From Candidatus Heimdallarchaeota archaeon (GTDB lineage Archaea > Asgardarchaeota > Heimdallarchaeia > Heimdallarchaeales > Heimdallarchaeaceae): a DNA stretch of 38,862 bases. Positions 18,982 to 27,963 of the stretch are shown here, piece after piece (position 1 is the stretch's first letter; every line of letters begins with the position of its first letter). The translations under genes were made by a program, and so were the position numbers. The notes below the pieces were generated by a model that was given only the letters and a program-made list of their open reading frames with translations, was not told where the DNA came from and did no database searches. The DNA is taken from contig DAOVET010000020.1 of assembly GCA_030668825.1 (NCBI GenBank), positions 1 through 38,862 of the forward strand, given 5' to 3'.

Positions 18982-20991
18982 CTATTTTGAAAGTAGTAAA
19001 TCTGTTATTAGTAATTTATCATAGATTTCTTCATACATTGATATCAAAGATTCTGTGGTTAACTCTCTTTCAAAGTCTCTTCTCTGTTTTTCTTCAATAC
19101 TTCTTCTTGTCCATATTCGACTGATAAACCTATAAATTCCCTTTAAAAATAACCAGATAATCATTGGTACGAGTTTAACTAGAAATTTGAAACCTTTTTT
19201 AAAGATTTCAAAAAAATCAATATTCAAATCTCTTTTCCAGCTGAATGTTCTCCCTCGTTTCTTAACGTTATCGTATGTTGTTGTTAATGTTTCAGATATT
19301 TCCTTAAATCTTTGAGAAAAGAATCTGATTATTTTTCTTGTACCTATGGAGATAATTGCACTAATTGAGAATATGATTAAATGTCTTATATATTTATAGA
19401 AAATGTAAAAAAGCATTATAAAAGGCATCAAAGGAGCAATAAGAGAAATTCCTATCTTCTTTCCTAATCTTTCATACCAAGGTATACTACTAAATTCATC
19501 CTTGATATACTGTTGAGCACCTAAAGCTAGCGAAATTGCTAATTTATTATATTCGACATCTGGCATGATTTGTTCGTATTTTAGTTGTTGTTTAGCAACT
19601 CCTTTAAGTGCACCTGTAATAAGAACAGACGAAAATAGATCATAGCTGATATAACCTTCCTCTATTTTTGTAAGAATCACTTTGAAAGCTTTTTCAACTT
19701 CTTTTCGACTCATATTATTCTTCTTTGCAAATCTTGCTTTAGCTTCTTGTCTCATCCATGGAACAATAGAAGATTCTTTTGACCAAATAAGTAATGCAAA
19801 AGTCCTTCCTGTTTGCTTAGTTATTTTTGATATATCTAACTCATTTAATGATAATTCTGCTTCATTTAGTAGCTTCTCTAAGTTATTTTTCGACCTTTCC
19901 GGAACATTCCTTTGATCAAGAGAAAGAAGCTGTTGAACTTTCTCTTTCATGGCATCTACTTCCTCCATAATTTCTAGTCTAAAGTCCACCATCGTTTCCG
20001 TAGATACTGGAGGAGCATCGAAGAAGCTAAAAGATGATTTAGCAGCATGATATGGTAAGGAAAAGAAGTTTTCAAGTGTTCTGTAAATGTTTGCCCAGCG
20101 ATAAGCTCCCCATCTCATTAGATATACATTACATTCATGGAATAACGCATATATTGGTCCAAAAATTGTTGCCACCCAAGAAACGACAAGAAGACCTGTT
20201 CCGAAGAGAGTAATTGTCCAGATTGGTTTAAGGTTGAACCAATAATTAAACAAATAAATGAGATCAAGTTTTTGAAAACCAAAAGCTTTACCTATTATTG
20301 TTGGAATTGCAATAATAATTAACGGGGTTCCAATAGCTACATTAATTACCTCACCAAATGCTCTCCTAATCGGATAAGCTTTTGTCATCTGTCTTTCTTT
20401 CTGAACAATTTCATCTATTTCTTGTGAAACCTCTATGATTTCTTTAGATTTTTTCCCAGATAGAAAATTCGCAACTGTAAGAACATATTTTCTGTACATT
20501 TGAAGCAGGGGGACTAATTCTCTTAAACCTCTTGGAACAATTATGTCAAATAATATCAAACTTAACTTTCCAAGAGCTGTAACAATAGTGAAAAGAATTG
20601 CAAGAATGATGAATGAAAGTTTCATCAACACTGGGATTACTTTGATTTGTACAGTTTGCCAAAGAGCTTTCAATTTCTTCACAGTATATTTTCTTAGTTT
20701 GGGTGGGTAAATTATATGGAAGAATAGTTTAAGAAATTTCAAAATAGGCCAGATAAAAATGTAGTATTCAAACAGAAGTAAGAAGCCTATAGGAGTATAA
20801 TAGTGAAAAACATATTCTTTCAGAAAAATCCAAAACTCCTTACTTTTGATTTTGAACCAAATCCAAAATTTTCCAGCCCCTCTCTGTAGTTTCACTTGAA
20901 CTGAGATGGAAGTTTCTTTTATTTTTTCAACTTGTTTTATTCCAAATTCCTTGAGCCGTGAAGAAAAACCTATTTTTTTTTCGTTCATCAA
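18982..20991 (-). CDS. Uncharacterised membrane protein, paralog B (extra N-terminal hydrophobic/amphipathic region)
   Basis: 669 aa; tandem and co-oriented with paralog A; same motif series. Confidence 0.85.
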   Translation of the reverse strand: MMNEKKIGFSSRLKEFGIKQVEKIKETSISVQVKLQRGAGKFWIWFKIKSKEFWIFLKEYVFHYYTPIGFLLLFEYYIFIWPILKFLKLFFHIIYPPKLRKYTVKKLKALWQTVQIKVIPVLMKLSFIILAILFTIVTALGKLSLILFDIIVPRGLRELVPLLQMYRKYVLTVANFLSGKKSKEIIEVSQEIDEIVQKERQMTKAYPIRRAFGEVINVAIGTPLIIIAIPTIIGKAFGFQKLDLIYLFNYWFNLKPIWTITLFGTGLLVVSWVATIFGPIYALFHECNVYLMRWGAYRWANIYRTLENFFSLPYHAAKSSFSFFDAPPVSTETMVDFRLEIMEEVDAMKEKVQQLLSLDQRNVPERSKNNLEKLLNEAELSLNELDISKITKQTGRTFALLIWSKESSIVPWMRQEAKARFAKKNNMSRKEVEKAFKVILTKIEEGYISYDLFSSVLITGALKGVAKQQLKYEQIMPDVEYNKLAISLALGAQQYIKDEFSSIPWYERLGKKIGISLIAPLMPFIMLFYIFYKYIRHLIIFSISAIISIGTRKIIRFFSQRFKEISETLTTTYDNVKKRGRTFSWKRDLNIDFFEIFKKGFKFLVKLVPMIIWLFLKGIYRFISRIWTRRSIEEKQRRDFERELTTESLISMYEEIYDKLLITDLLLSK

Positions 20992-21077
20992 TCTTAATTA
21001 TTGGTTTTTCCTTGTTTGACATTTCAAAGCCCTTTCTTACCAAATAAATGATTCTTTTGTTAAATTTATTACTCAAG

Positions 21078-23033
21078 TTATTTTACAAGATATTGACTTA
21101 TATGTTTTTTTGCATACTTTCTTTCGTCTTCATTTACTTTAAACAAACCATAAACTATGTTGTCTACTTCCTCATCCACTGAGGAAATCAATTTTTCTTT
21201 CTTTAGTAAGAAGTTCACTTTCAGAATAAGTAACTCATTCTGTTGATTATCAGGAATAATAAAAGGTAGATCGTGAAGATACATTGGTAGATAATGTAGA
21301 TATTTTCCAGTTATCTCAGTACTTGAATACATTATAGAATACAAAAAGCTGAACAACTCGGAATTTAAAAGAGAAAGAATGAGTTCAAGACTAATGTTTA
21401 AGTCTAAAGCTTTTTGAGTCAAATGTCCCAGCAAGAAAATATCTTTACAAATATAACCCTCAGTATCTAGTGTTGCTCTCATCCTTAAAGCATGTTGACA
21501 TATGATTATCTTCTTTGATGTAAATATATCAATTTCAGGAAAGTTATTTTTCATTCCTTTTGCTTTCTCATGATCATAATCTAAATAGTAACCTTTCCAG
21601 TTAATGCCATATCGTTCAACTTCTCTATTTCCACCAAATGGTTTACCCCCTAGAAATTTCCTAGATTTAGTACTAACTGGTTTTTCAAATACAAAATGTT
21701 CCCGTAATCCTCTCCGATGGAATGAAATTGACCATCTAAATCTAACTAAATCTCCGAGCCTATATTCAGAATCACTGTAAATCTTCTCTATTATTGAAAG
21801 GGAAGTTGAATCTGGCAGAAAAATGGTTTTGTTTGAGGTTTTATAGAAAAAATCCGCAGAAACATATTTACACTTTGATTTGAAGTTCATTGTTTGTAAC
21901 TCTTCATAATCAACATTATTAGCGAGTTTGATTGTCTCCTCATTCGTTCTATTCCTATCTAAAATGAGTATGACAGGATAAACAGCTGGACGAAAGATAT
22001 TTTGATGTGTTAAATCAACAATTTCTGAAATAAGATTATGTTCAAGTAAATATCCTCTCATTTCTTTTGAATATCTTGAACTAAGAAATTTGCTGGGGAT
22101 GATGTATCCAAGTTTTCCATTGGCTTTTAACAGATCAGTACCAAGTTCTAAAAAGCAAGAATAAATATCAAAATGACCTCTAGCAGCTTTAGGGTAATTA
22201 AGTAAACAAATCTTCTTAGTCAGTTTATCCATCCGTTTTGCTTCAATATAAGGCGGGTTACCAACTACAAAATCATACTGTTGATTCTTTGCTTTTTTAA
22301 CTTCAAAAATATCTTTCTCTCCTTGTTTGTCCAGTGAGTTTGTTAGATAAATGTTAGGAGTGAAGGATGTTTCTAAAGTATATCTCTCTTTAAATCGTTC
22401 AATTAATATCAGCGATAGATTAAATTTGGTGATATATACTGCTAGCGGGTCAATATCAAATCCAATAACGTAGTTTTGAATATAATTAATTATTTCATTT
22501 ATAGTAAATTTCTCTATATTTTGTTCGATCAGTAAGTCTATTGCTTGCGCTAGAAATAATCCTGAACCTGATGATAAATCAATAATATTTTGTTTATCTT
22601 TTATTGAGTATCTATTAGGAAAACCTACATGATGAAGAATGTATTTTATTATAGAAATTGGAGTAAAAACTATTCCTTTTCCTTGCATAGCTATTTTTGT
22701 TAAGGTCTTCTGATATAGATTCCCTAAAGGATCCAAACCAACTTCATTACCAAACTTATTTCTTATTTCAATTATCTTAGGATAGATCTGAGAAAATTGG
22801 TCATATATTTCATTATCATATAATGTAGGAAAGGCTCTCGAAATCTTTGAGAGTTTCTTCTTAAAAGATAAACTAGGTTCGATCAGGTTGTATTTTTCAG
22901 CACAGGATGTCAGGTATAATCCCCCAAAAACCTTGAAGCTACATAACAGCTCATCTTCATCGAAGAGCTTGTTCTCTAGAATCAAGTTGTTTATTTGAAA
23001 AAGTACTTCTTCCAGATGATTAAGAGAACCCAT
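21078..23033 (-). CDS. N6-adenine DNA methyltransferase, gamma class (TaqI/Eco57I-like) with C-terminal target recognition domain
   Basis: 'GIVFTP', motif I variant 'IIDLSSGSGLFL', 'GFDIDP', motif IV 'DFVVGNPPY', 'GYIIPSKF'; TaqI-C-like 'KKIIICQ...ATLDTEGY', 'LLNSELF'. Confidence 0.9.
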   Translation of the reverse strand: MGSLNHLEEVLFQINNLILENKLFDEDELLCSFKVFGGLYLTSCAEKYNLIEPSLSFKKKLSKISRAFPTLYDNEIYDQFSQIYPKIIEIRNKFGNEVGLDPLGNLYQKTLTKIAMQGKGIVFTPISIIKYILHHVGFPNRYSIKDKQNIIDLSSGSGLFLAQAIDLLIEQNIEKFTINEIINYIQNYVIGFDIDPLAVYITKFNLSLILIERFKERYTLETSFTPNIYLTNSLDKQGEKDIFEVKKAKNQQYDFVVGNPPYIEAKRMDKLTKKICLLNYPKAARGHFDIYSCFLELGTDLLKANGKLGYIIPSKFLSSRYSKEMRGYLLEHNLISEIVDLTHQNIFRPAVYPVILILDRNRTNEETIKLANNVDYEELQTMNFKSKCKYVSADFFYKTSNKTIFLPDSTSLSIIEKIYSDSEYRLGDLVRFRWSISFHRRGLREHFVFEKPVSTKSRKFLGGKPFGGNREVERYGINWKGYYLDYDHEKAKGMKNNFPEIDIFTSKKIIICQHALRMRATLDTEGYICKDIFLLGHLTQKALDLNISLELILSLLNSELFSFLYSIMYSSTEITGKYLHYLPMYLHDLPFIIPDNQQNELLILKVNFLLKKEKLISSVDEEVDNIVYGLFKVNEDERKYAKKHISQYLVK

Positions 23034-23112
23034 TAGATTATCCTACATATTCGTAGGAACAAATAGAGGGGTTAATTCTAAAAAGTTTTCTGAGAATAGT
23101 TATTTAATTTGA

Positions 23113-23604
23113 TTAAATATATCGCATTTTAACCCGTTGAAACTTTGCTGTACATGTGTTACATAAAGTAGATGGTTTTTGTATAAGAACTTCAAAACTA
23201 TCAGTTTTTTTCATTAAACAATCTCCATCACATGGTTTCAAACCTAAAACTATCCCAACGTGAAATGCTACTTCTTTTGCTGTAAGTGTTCTTGTTGCCA
23301 TTCTAGCTGTTGATACAATTGTTCCTTTGATGGTCTCACCATATCCGAAAACATACTTATTATCAACAATTAATGCTTGTTCGATCAACCAAAGAAAAAA
23401 GGATAATCCTTCTGATTGAGCGTTGTTTAGAAGCAATTGAGCATCAAAAGCGTTTCTTTCGGTATTCCAGGCTGTTTGTCGAGGGATTCTAACACCTACA
23501 GATCTGAACTGCATTTGATAGGTGTCACTAAGGAACCTCTCAACATGTTCTGAGACTTCATCAGCGATTTTTTCACTATAATAAATTTTGAAATCCCTAG
23601 GCAA
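23113..23604 (-). CDS. Archaemetzincin-like protein, predicted catalytically inactive
   Basis: 'AWNTERNAFDA', 'YVFG', 'IVSTARM', and KEVAFHVGIVLGLKPC-DGDCLM...KPSTLCNTC aligning to KExxHExGHxxGLxHC...CxM...K...CxxC. Confidence 0.75.
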   Translation of the reverse strand: MPRDFKIYYSEKIADEVSEHVERFLSDTYQMQFRSVGVRIPRQTAWNTERNAFDAQLLLNNAQSEGLSFFLWLIEQALIVDNKYVFGYGETIKGTIVSTARMATRTLTAKEVAFHVGIVLGLKPCDGDCLMKKTDSFEVLIQKPSTLCNTCTAKFQRVKMRYI

Positions 23605-23691
23605 GACTAATCTGTTTACACATGAGTGTTTTTTACTAATAATTGTTATGATACTCTCACTAGAAAAAAACTAATTTTTGAGTTATTTCTG

Positions 23692-24159
23692 TTATTTTTT
23701 ACCTGAAAGAGTATATATCCCCTGAGATACAATTTCTTCCCTTAAACCCATTTTGACTTTAATTACGAGCTGTTTTGCATTCTTTTTGTAAGTAAATTCC
23801 TTAATAATTTTCATATTGGGAGGTAGATTATATCCCGATTCGAAATCACTAGTTAGAATAGTCTGTTTTTTGTTAGATTTTATAATTAAATTGGATGTTT
23901 CAATGTAACCTTCAGAATTAAAGCTGATAAGTTTCATCTGTTCCCTAGTTTTATCAAAAAAGAGAAAATTCCTTTCAAGTAACTTCTCAGGTTTAACAGA
24001 GGATTTTATATGCTTTATTTCTATAATATCTATTCCAAATTTTCTACATTGTAGGTATGATTCAGAATCTATACCGTCAGCAGAGAGAGTTCCTCTCCAT
24101 AAACCATAAATCCAATCAAGATCATCGATAGGGTTTGAAAAATCCATACTTAAAAACAA
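23692..24159 (-). CDS. Hypothetical beta-barrel protein, possibly nitrobindin/FABP-like; likely start ATG 24147
   Basis: N-terminal 'LDWIYGLWRG' resembles the LxWLxGxWxG strand of lipocalin-like barrels; alternating beta-strand pattern follows. Confidence 0.55.
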   Translation of the reverse strand: MFLSMDFSNPIDDLDWIYGLWRGTLSADGIDSESYLQCRKFGIDIIEIKHIKSSVKPEKLLERNFLFFDKTREQMKLISFNSEGYIETSNLIIKSNKKQTILTSDFESGYNLPPNMKIIKEFTYKKNAKQLVIKVKMGLREEIVSQGIYTLSGKK

Positions 24160-24180
24160 AGGAATGAATTTAAAAACTCT

Positions 24181-24924
24181 ATGATAAATGAATTCATGAT
24201 GAGTAAAGCTAAGAAAATAGATTTAGAGAAAAGCAAAGTTCTAGATTGGGAATTGGATGAATTTTTGTTGATTGAAGCACTCACACATCCAAATTATCAC
24301 CCACCAGACCAAATTATTCTGAATTTCGAAAGATTGGAGTTTCTAGGAGATTCGATATTAGATACCCTAACAGCTGAATGGCTCTATAAAGAAACCAAAG
24401 AAGATGTTGGTATTTTGTCTCAATTAAGATCTCTCTTAGTTAGAACCAATACATTAGCTGAAGTAGGAAAGGAATTAGGAATTGAAAAGAAACTAAGAAC
24501 TAGTTCTAATTACAAAATAGTTGAAACTGATCTAGAGGATAGTCTAGAAGCTATTTTTGGTGCTTTTTATCTCTCTAAAGGTGTAGATGTAACAAGAGAA
24601 TTTTTCTACAAACTTTTTCTCAAACGACTTAAGCTTTTTAAAAATGAGATAAATGATGAAAAAGGGAGAGAGAAAATACTTAAACTAACAGTTTGTGAGC
24701 ATAATCCCATCAATCAACTTCAGGAATTTTTCCAAAAAGAGGGATTAGAACTTCCTGAATATTCCCTTTTAAGGAAAAAAGGGGAAGATCACGAACCTAT
24801 TTTCTTTATGCAATGCAAAGCAAAAATAGGTGAAAAGGAATATATAAGCTCTGGAAAAGGATCAAACAGAAAATCAGCTAAACGTGATGCAGCAGAGAAA
24901 ATGAGTAAAAAACTGAAAATCTGA
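24181..24924 (+). CDS. rnc: Ribonuclease III (catalytic domain plus dsRBD); likely start ATG 24196 or 24199
   Basis: 'EALTHP', signature 'ERLEFLGDSIL', 'DSLEAIFGA', dsRBD 'NPINQLQE...GEDHEPIF...GKGSNRKSAKRDAA'. Confidence 0.95.
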   Translation: MINEFMMSKAKKIDLEKSKVLDWELDEFLLIEALTHPNYHPPDQIILNFERLEFLGDSILDTLTAEWLYKETKEDVGILSQLRSLLVRTNTLAEVGKELGIEKKLRTSSNYKIVETDLEDSLEAIFGAFYLSKGVDVTREFFYKLFLKRLKLFKNEINDEKGREKILKLTVCEHNPINQLQEFFQKEGLELPEYSLLRKKGEDHEPIFFMQCKAKIGEKEYISSGKGSNRKSAKRDAAEKMSKKLKI

Positions 24925-24978
24925 AGAAAAACTTTTTCCCAGTTAGGTTTAAGTATTACAATATCTATTACTTAGTGG

Positions 24979-25806
24979 ATGAATGAACCTCAAATTGATT
25001 CGTCAAAAGCAATAGAATTTATTAGGAATAAAGGAAATGAGGTAGAAAGACTTAAGCTAGCTTTGATGCTTGGAGAGAAATCTGTAACGAAAGAGATGGT
25101 TAAGGAACAACTCAATTTACAAAATTCTGATGGAGGGATACCTTTCAGAATGAGAGAAGATTCACTAAGCACTATTGGTCCAACTATAACTTTTTTCAAA
25201 GACTTTCTAATTCTAGACATGAAAGATGAAATTGAAGATTATCTCATCAAAGCAGCAAACTTCCTACTAATGAATCAATCTGAAGAGGGATACTTCGAAG
25301 AACCTCAAAGTATAAGAAATTTTGAACCCTCACTTTGGGAAACTCCAGGAACAGATCCAAACAGAATTTATTGCACTGCTATTGTGACTAATTTCCTATT
25401 AGGTTTAGGTGATGAGACATATCGAAACTTCATAACTAAAAGCCTAGACTATTTATCAAGAAACTGGAGAGATGATACTGGTTTCAAAAGCTATCCCCAC
25501 GCATTGTGGAACGCAATTCCAACATTCATTAAAATAAAAGGAGAAAATGACTATATCTCAAGAAGAGGACTAGAAATGCTTCAAACATTTAATTTAGAGA
25601 ACTATCCTTCCTCATCATTAGTTTGGATGGTTGAAAGCTTCATCAGTGCTGGATTGGAGAATCACAGATTTGTCACCCGTTTACTAGATGTTCTTTTACA
25701 TAGACAGACCAGTGATGGTAAATGGGAATCAGAAGATGGAGAAGAATATGATTCTACTACAACTTTAACGGTTTTACTAGTTTTAAAGAAACTAAAATAC
25801 ATTTAG
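24979..25806 (+). CDS. Prenyltransferase/squalene-cyclase-repeat (alpha/alpha toroid) protein
   Basis: QW-like repeats 'QNSDGGI', 'QSEEGYF', 'QTSDGKW' spaced by helical segments; function unknown. Confidence 0.7.
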   Translation: MNEPQIDSSKAIEFIRNKGNEVERLKLALMLGEKSVTKEMVKEQLNLQNSDGGIPFRMREDSLSTIGPTITFFKDFLILDMKDEIEDYLIKAANFLLMNQSEEGYFEEPQSIRNFEPSLWETPGTDPNRIYCTAIVTNFLLGLGDETYRNFITKSLDYLSRNWRDDTGFKSYPHALWNAIPTFIKIKGENDYISRRGLEMLQTFNLENYPSSSLVWMVESFISAGLENHRFVTRLLDVLLHRQTSDGKWESEDGEEYDSTTTLTVLLVLKKLKYI

Positions 25807-25860
25807 ATTTCATCAGTTTAGAGAGAAAATTTTTAATCGAATAACAAATATTCACATAGT

Positions 25861-26811
25861 ATGATAATTGATGGACATACAGATGTACTATGGGCTCTGA
25901 CTAGAGAAAGAAAAAATTTTTCTGAAGAATCAGATACAGGACATGTTGATCTTCCAAGATTAAGAAAAGGAAAAGTTCTAGCAGCCTTCTTTGCAGTATT
26001 TCCTGCTATGAGTAATTTTGAAATCTATAAAGGTGTTGACCAGTGGTTTTCATTAATCGAAGACCAAGATAATGATCTTTTACAAGTAAAGTCAGCAGAG
26101 GATATAAATAAATGTAAAATGAATGATAAAATTGGAGCAGTTTTACATTTTGAGGGTTCTGGTGGTATAGATAGTGAATTTTTGACTTTGAAGAATTATT
26201 ACAGAATGGGCTTGAGAAGTATCGGTTTAAGTTGGTCTAACGTGAATAGATTTGCCACAGGTGTTACATTTAACATGTTATCAGGAGAAAGTTTTGAACA
26301 AGATAGAGGGTTGACAGAAGTTGGTAAGGAATTAGTCAAAGAACTAAATAATTTGGGTATAATTGTTGATGTCAGTCATTTGAATGAGAAATCTTTTTGG
26401 GATGTAATCGACCAGACTAATAAACCAATAATTGCTTCACATAGCAATGCTTATTCTATTTGTAATCATCCAAGAAATTTGAAGGATGAGCAAATACAAG
26501 CTATTGCCGAAACTAATGGAACAATAGGGCTTAATTTCTGTGTGTCTTTTCTTTCGGGTGATAAGAAAAAAGATCAAATTCAATTGGAAGATTTAAAAAA
26601 ACATATTGATTGCATTGTGGAATTAGTAGGAATCAAACACATTGGCTTCGGGTCAGATTTTGATGGAGCTACCGTACCCGATGTGTTAAAGGATGTTAGT
26701 TACTATCCTGTATTGGTTGATTATTTGGGAAAAAATGGGTATGATAAAGAAGATATACAAAAAATAGAATCTCAGAATTTGCTGAGAGTTATGAAAGAAG
26801 TCTGGAAATAA
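25861..26811 (+). CDS. Renal-dipeptidase-family metallopeptidase (M19)
   Basis: 'IIDGHTD', 'GHVDLPRL', 'HFEG', 'VDVSH', 'IASHSN', 'HPRN', 'GSDFDG'. Confidence 0.93.
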   Translation: MIIDGHTDVLWALTRERKNFSEESDTGHVDLPRLRKGKVLAAFFAVFPAMSNFEIYKGVDQWFSLIEDQDNDLLQVKSAEDINKCKMNDKIGAVLHFEGSGGIDSEFLTLKNYYRMGLRSIGLSWSNVNRFATGVTFNMLSGESFEQDRGLTEVGKELVKELNNLGIIVDVSHLNEKSFWDVIDQTNKPIIASHSNAYSICNHPRNLKDEQIQAIAETNGTIGLNFCVSFLSGDKKKDQIQLEDLKKHIDCIVELVGIKHIGFGSDFDGATVPDVLKDVSYYPVLVDYLGKNGYDKEDIQKIESQNLLRVMKEVWK

Positions 26812-27279
26812 TCATTCTTCTTCTTTTTCAATTTTAACAAGCTCTAGTTGTCGTCCATATCCAGAATCAATTTCAGCTATAATTCCAGATTCAATTAGTT
26901 TGTCTACTCTTTCGCGAACAATTCTTCTAGATGCAGATCCTCTCTCTTTTCTCACTTGTTCAGTTAATTGTGAGATGTTTAGTCTTTTTTTCCGATCTAA
27001 AGCTACAATTATAGCTTTTGAGATTGAATCATATTTTAAATCAGGAAATCTTTGTAAAATAGTATCTTTTAGCGTTAGAGTCTGTGAAGCTACAGTTAAA
27101 GGAGCTTTTGAAATCTGTAAAGTGGAGGTGAGAATTTGTAATAAGTTCATCATCTGTTTTAGTTCTGGGTTACTGTCTGAAACCTTATGCTGTAGATTAG
27201 TTATTTGAAGAATTACATAATTGATTTTTTCTTCAAGTTCTGATATTCTACTATCTAACGCTTTTTCATTTTCGGACAT
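26812..27279 (-). CDS. Coiled-coil plus winged-helix DNA-binding protein
   Basis: N-terminal heptads (ISELEEKINYVILQITNL); C-terminal 'LNISQLTEQVRKERGSASRRIVRERVDKLIESGII' wHTH. Confidence 0.8.
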   Translation of the reverse strand: MSENEKALDSRISELEEKINYVILQITNLQHKVSDSNPELKQMMNLLQILTSTLQISKAPLTVASQTLTLKDTILQRFPDLKYDSISKAIIVALDRKKRLNISQLTEQVRKERGSASRRIVRERVDKLIESGIIAEIDSGYGRQLELVKIEKEEE

Positions 27280-27304
27280 AGACGAAACCTTTCTTACTTG
27301 AATC

Positions 27305-27574
27305 TTAACTTACTTCTTTTCTCATTTTCAAAATACTACTAAAACTAAGAAGCTTAGTGAAATCTTTGTAGGATTCAGCTATTTCTTTTCTTAACAGTTT
27401 TGGAATACCACCCTTCTTAAGCTCTTTTTTTAGTGCTCTTTGATTTCTGATTCTCTTTACTGGATTTGTTATGAAATAATAGAATAGCATCAATGGAAGC
27501 ACTATGATTAAATAAGAAATATAATTGATAGATACCACAATTGAATATAATTTGTCTGTCAAAGTCGACACCAA
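27305..27574 (-). CDS. Small membrane-associated hypothetical protein
   Basis: N-terminal hydrophobic helix, then basic 'LKKELKKGGIPKLLRKEIAESY'. Confidence 0.7.
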   Translation of the reverse strand: MVSTLTDKLYSIVVSINYISYLIIVLPLMLFYYFITNPVKRIRNQRALKKELKKGGIPKLLRKEIAESYKDFTKLLSFSSILKMRKEVS

Positions 27575-27583
27575 CTACTTCTG

Positions 27584-27928
27584 TTAATCATCGTCTGAAT
27601 TTTTACTGATGCTTGATTTCAGAGTTTTTCCTACTATATCGAAAGATTTAGAGAAATTCATGATTATTTCTCTAACCATATCTTCAGGCAATCCTTGACC
27701 TGTAAGCTGCTCATGAAGAGCAACGATTCCTTTACCATAATTGGTAGCTATTTCAGGATCATAGATTGCTGAAAAGATATTCTTGATTAGTGCTGGAACC
27801 TCTCCAGAAACTGCGCCAAGAATTTCTTTTATCTCAGCAGCATCAGAAATTTCTCTAGTTTTAGCTTTTGATTTAACTTTTTTCTCTATTTCTTCTCCAA
27901 GTTTTTCTCCTAATTCATCAAAGTTCAT
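27584..27928 (-). CDS. Small helical hypothetical protein
   Basis: 114 aa; AGGTGA RBS at 27934-27939 on the minus strand; 'LTGQGLPEDMVREIIMNF'. Confidence 0.8.
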   Translation of the reverse strand: MNFDELGEKLGEEIEKKVKSKAKTREISDAAEIKEILGAVSGEVPALIKNIFSAIYDPEIATNYGKGIVALHEQLTGQGLPEDMVREIIMNFSKSFDIVGKTLKSSISKNSDDD

Positions 27929-27963
27929 TCATATCACCTTAAGTTTTGTATGCTTATATTGAT

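Noticed and set aside
17193-23604. Methyltransferase plus neighbouring unknown genes as a BREX/DISARM-like defence system
   Set aside because: No ATPase, helicase, PglZ or nuclease motifs nearby, and a third paralog lies away from the methyltransferase.
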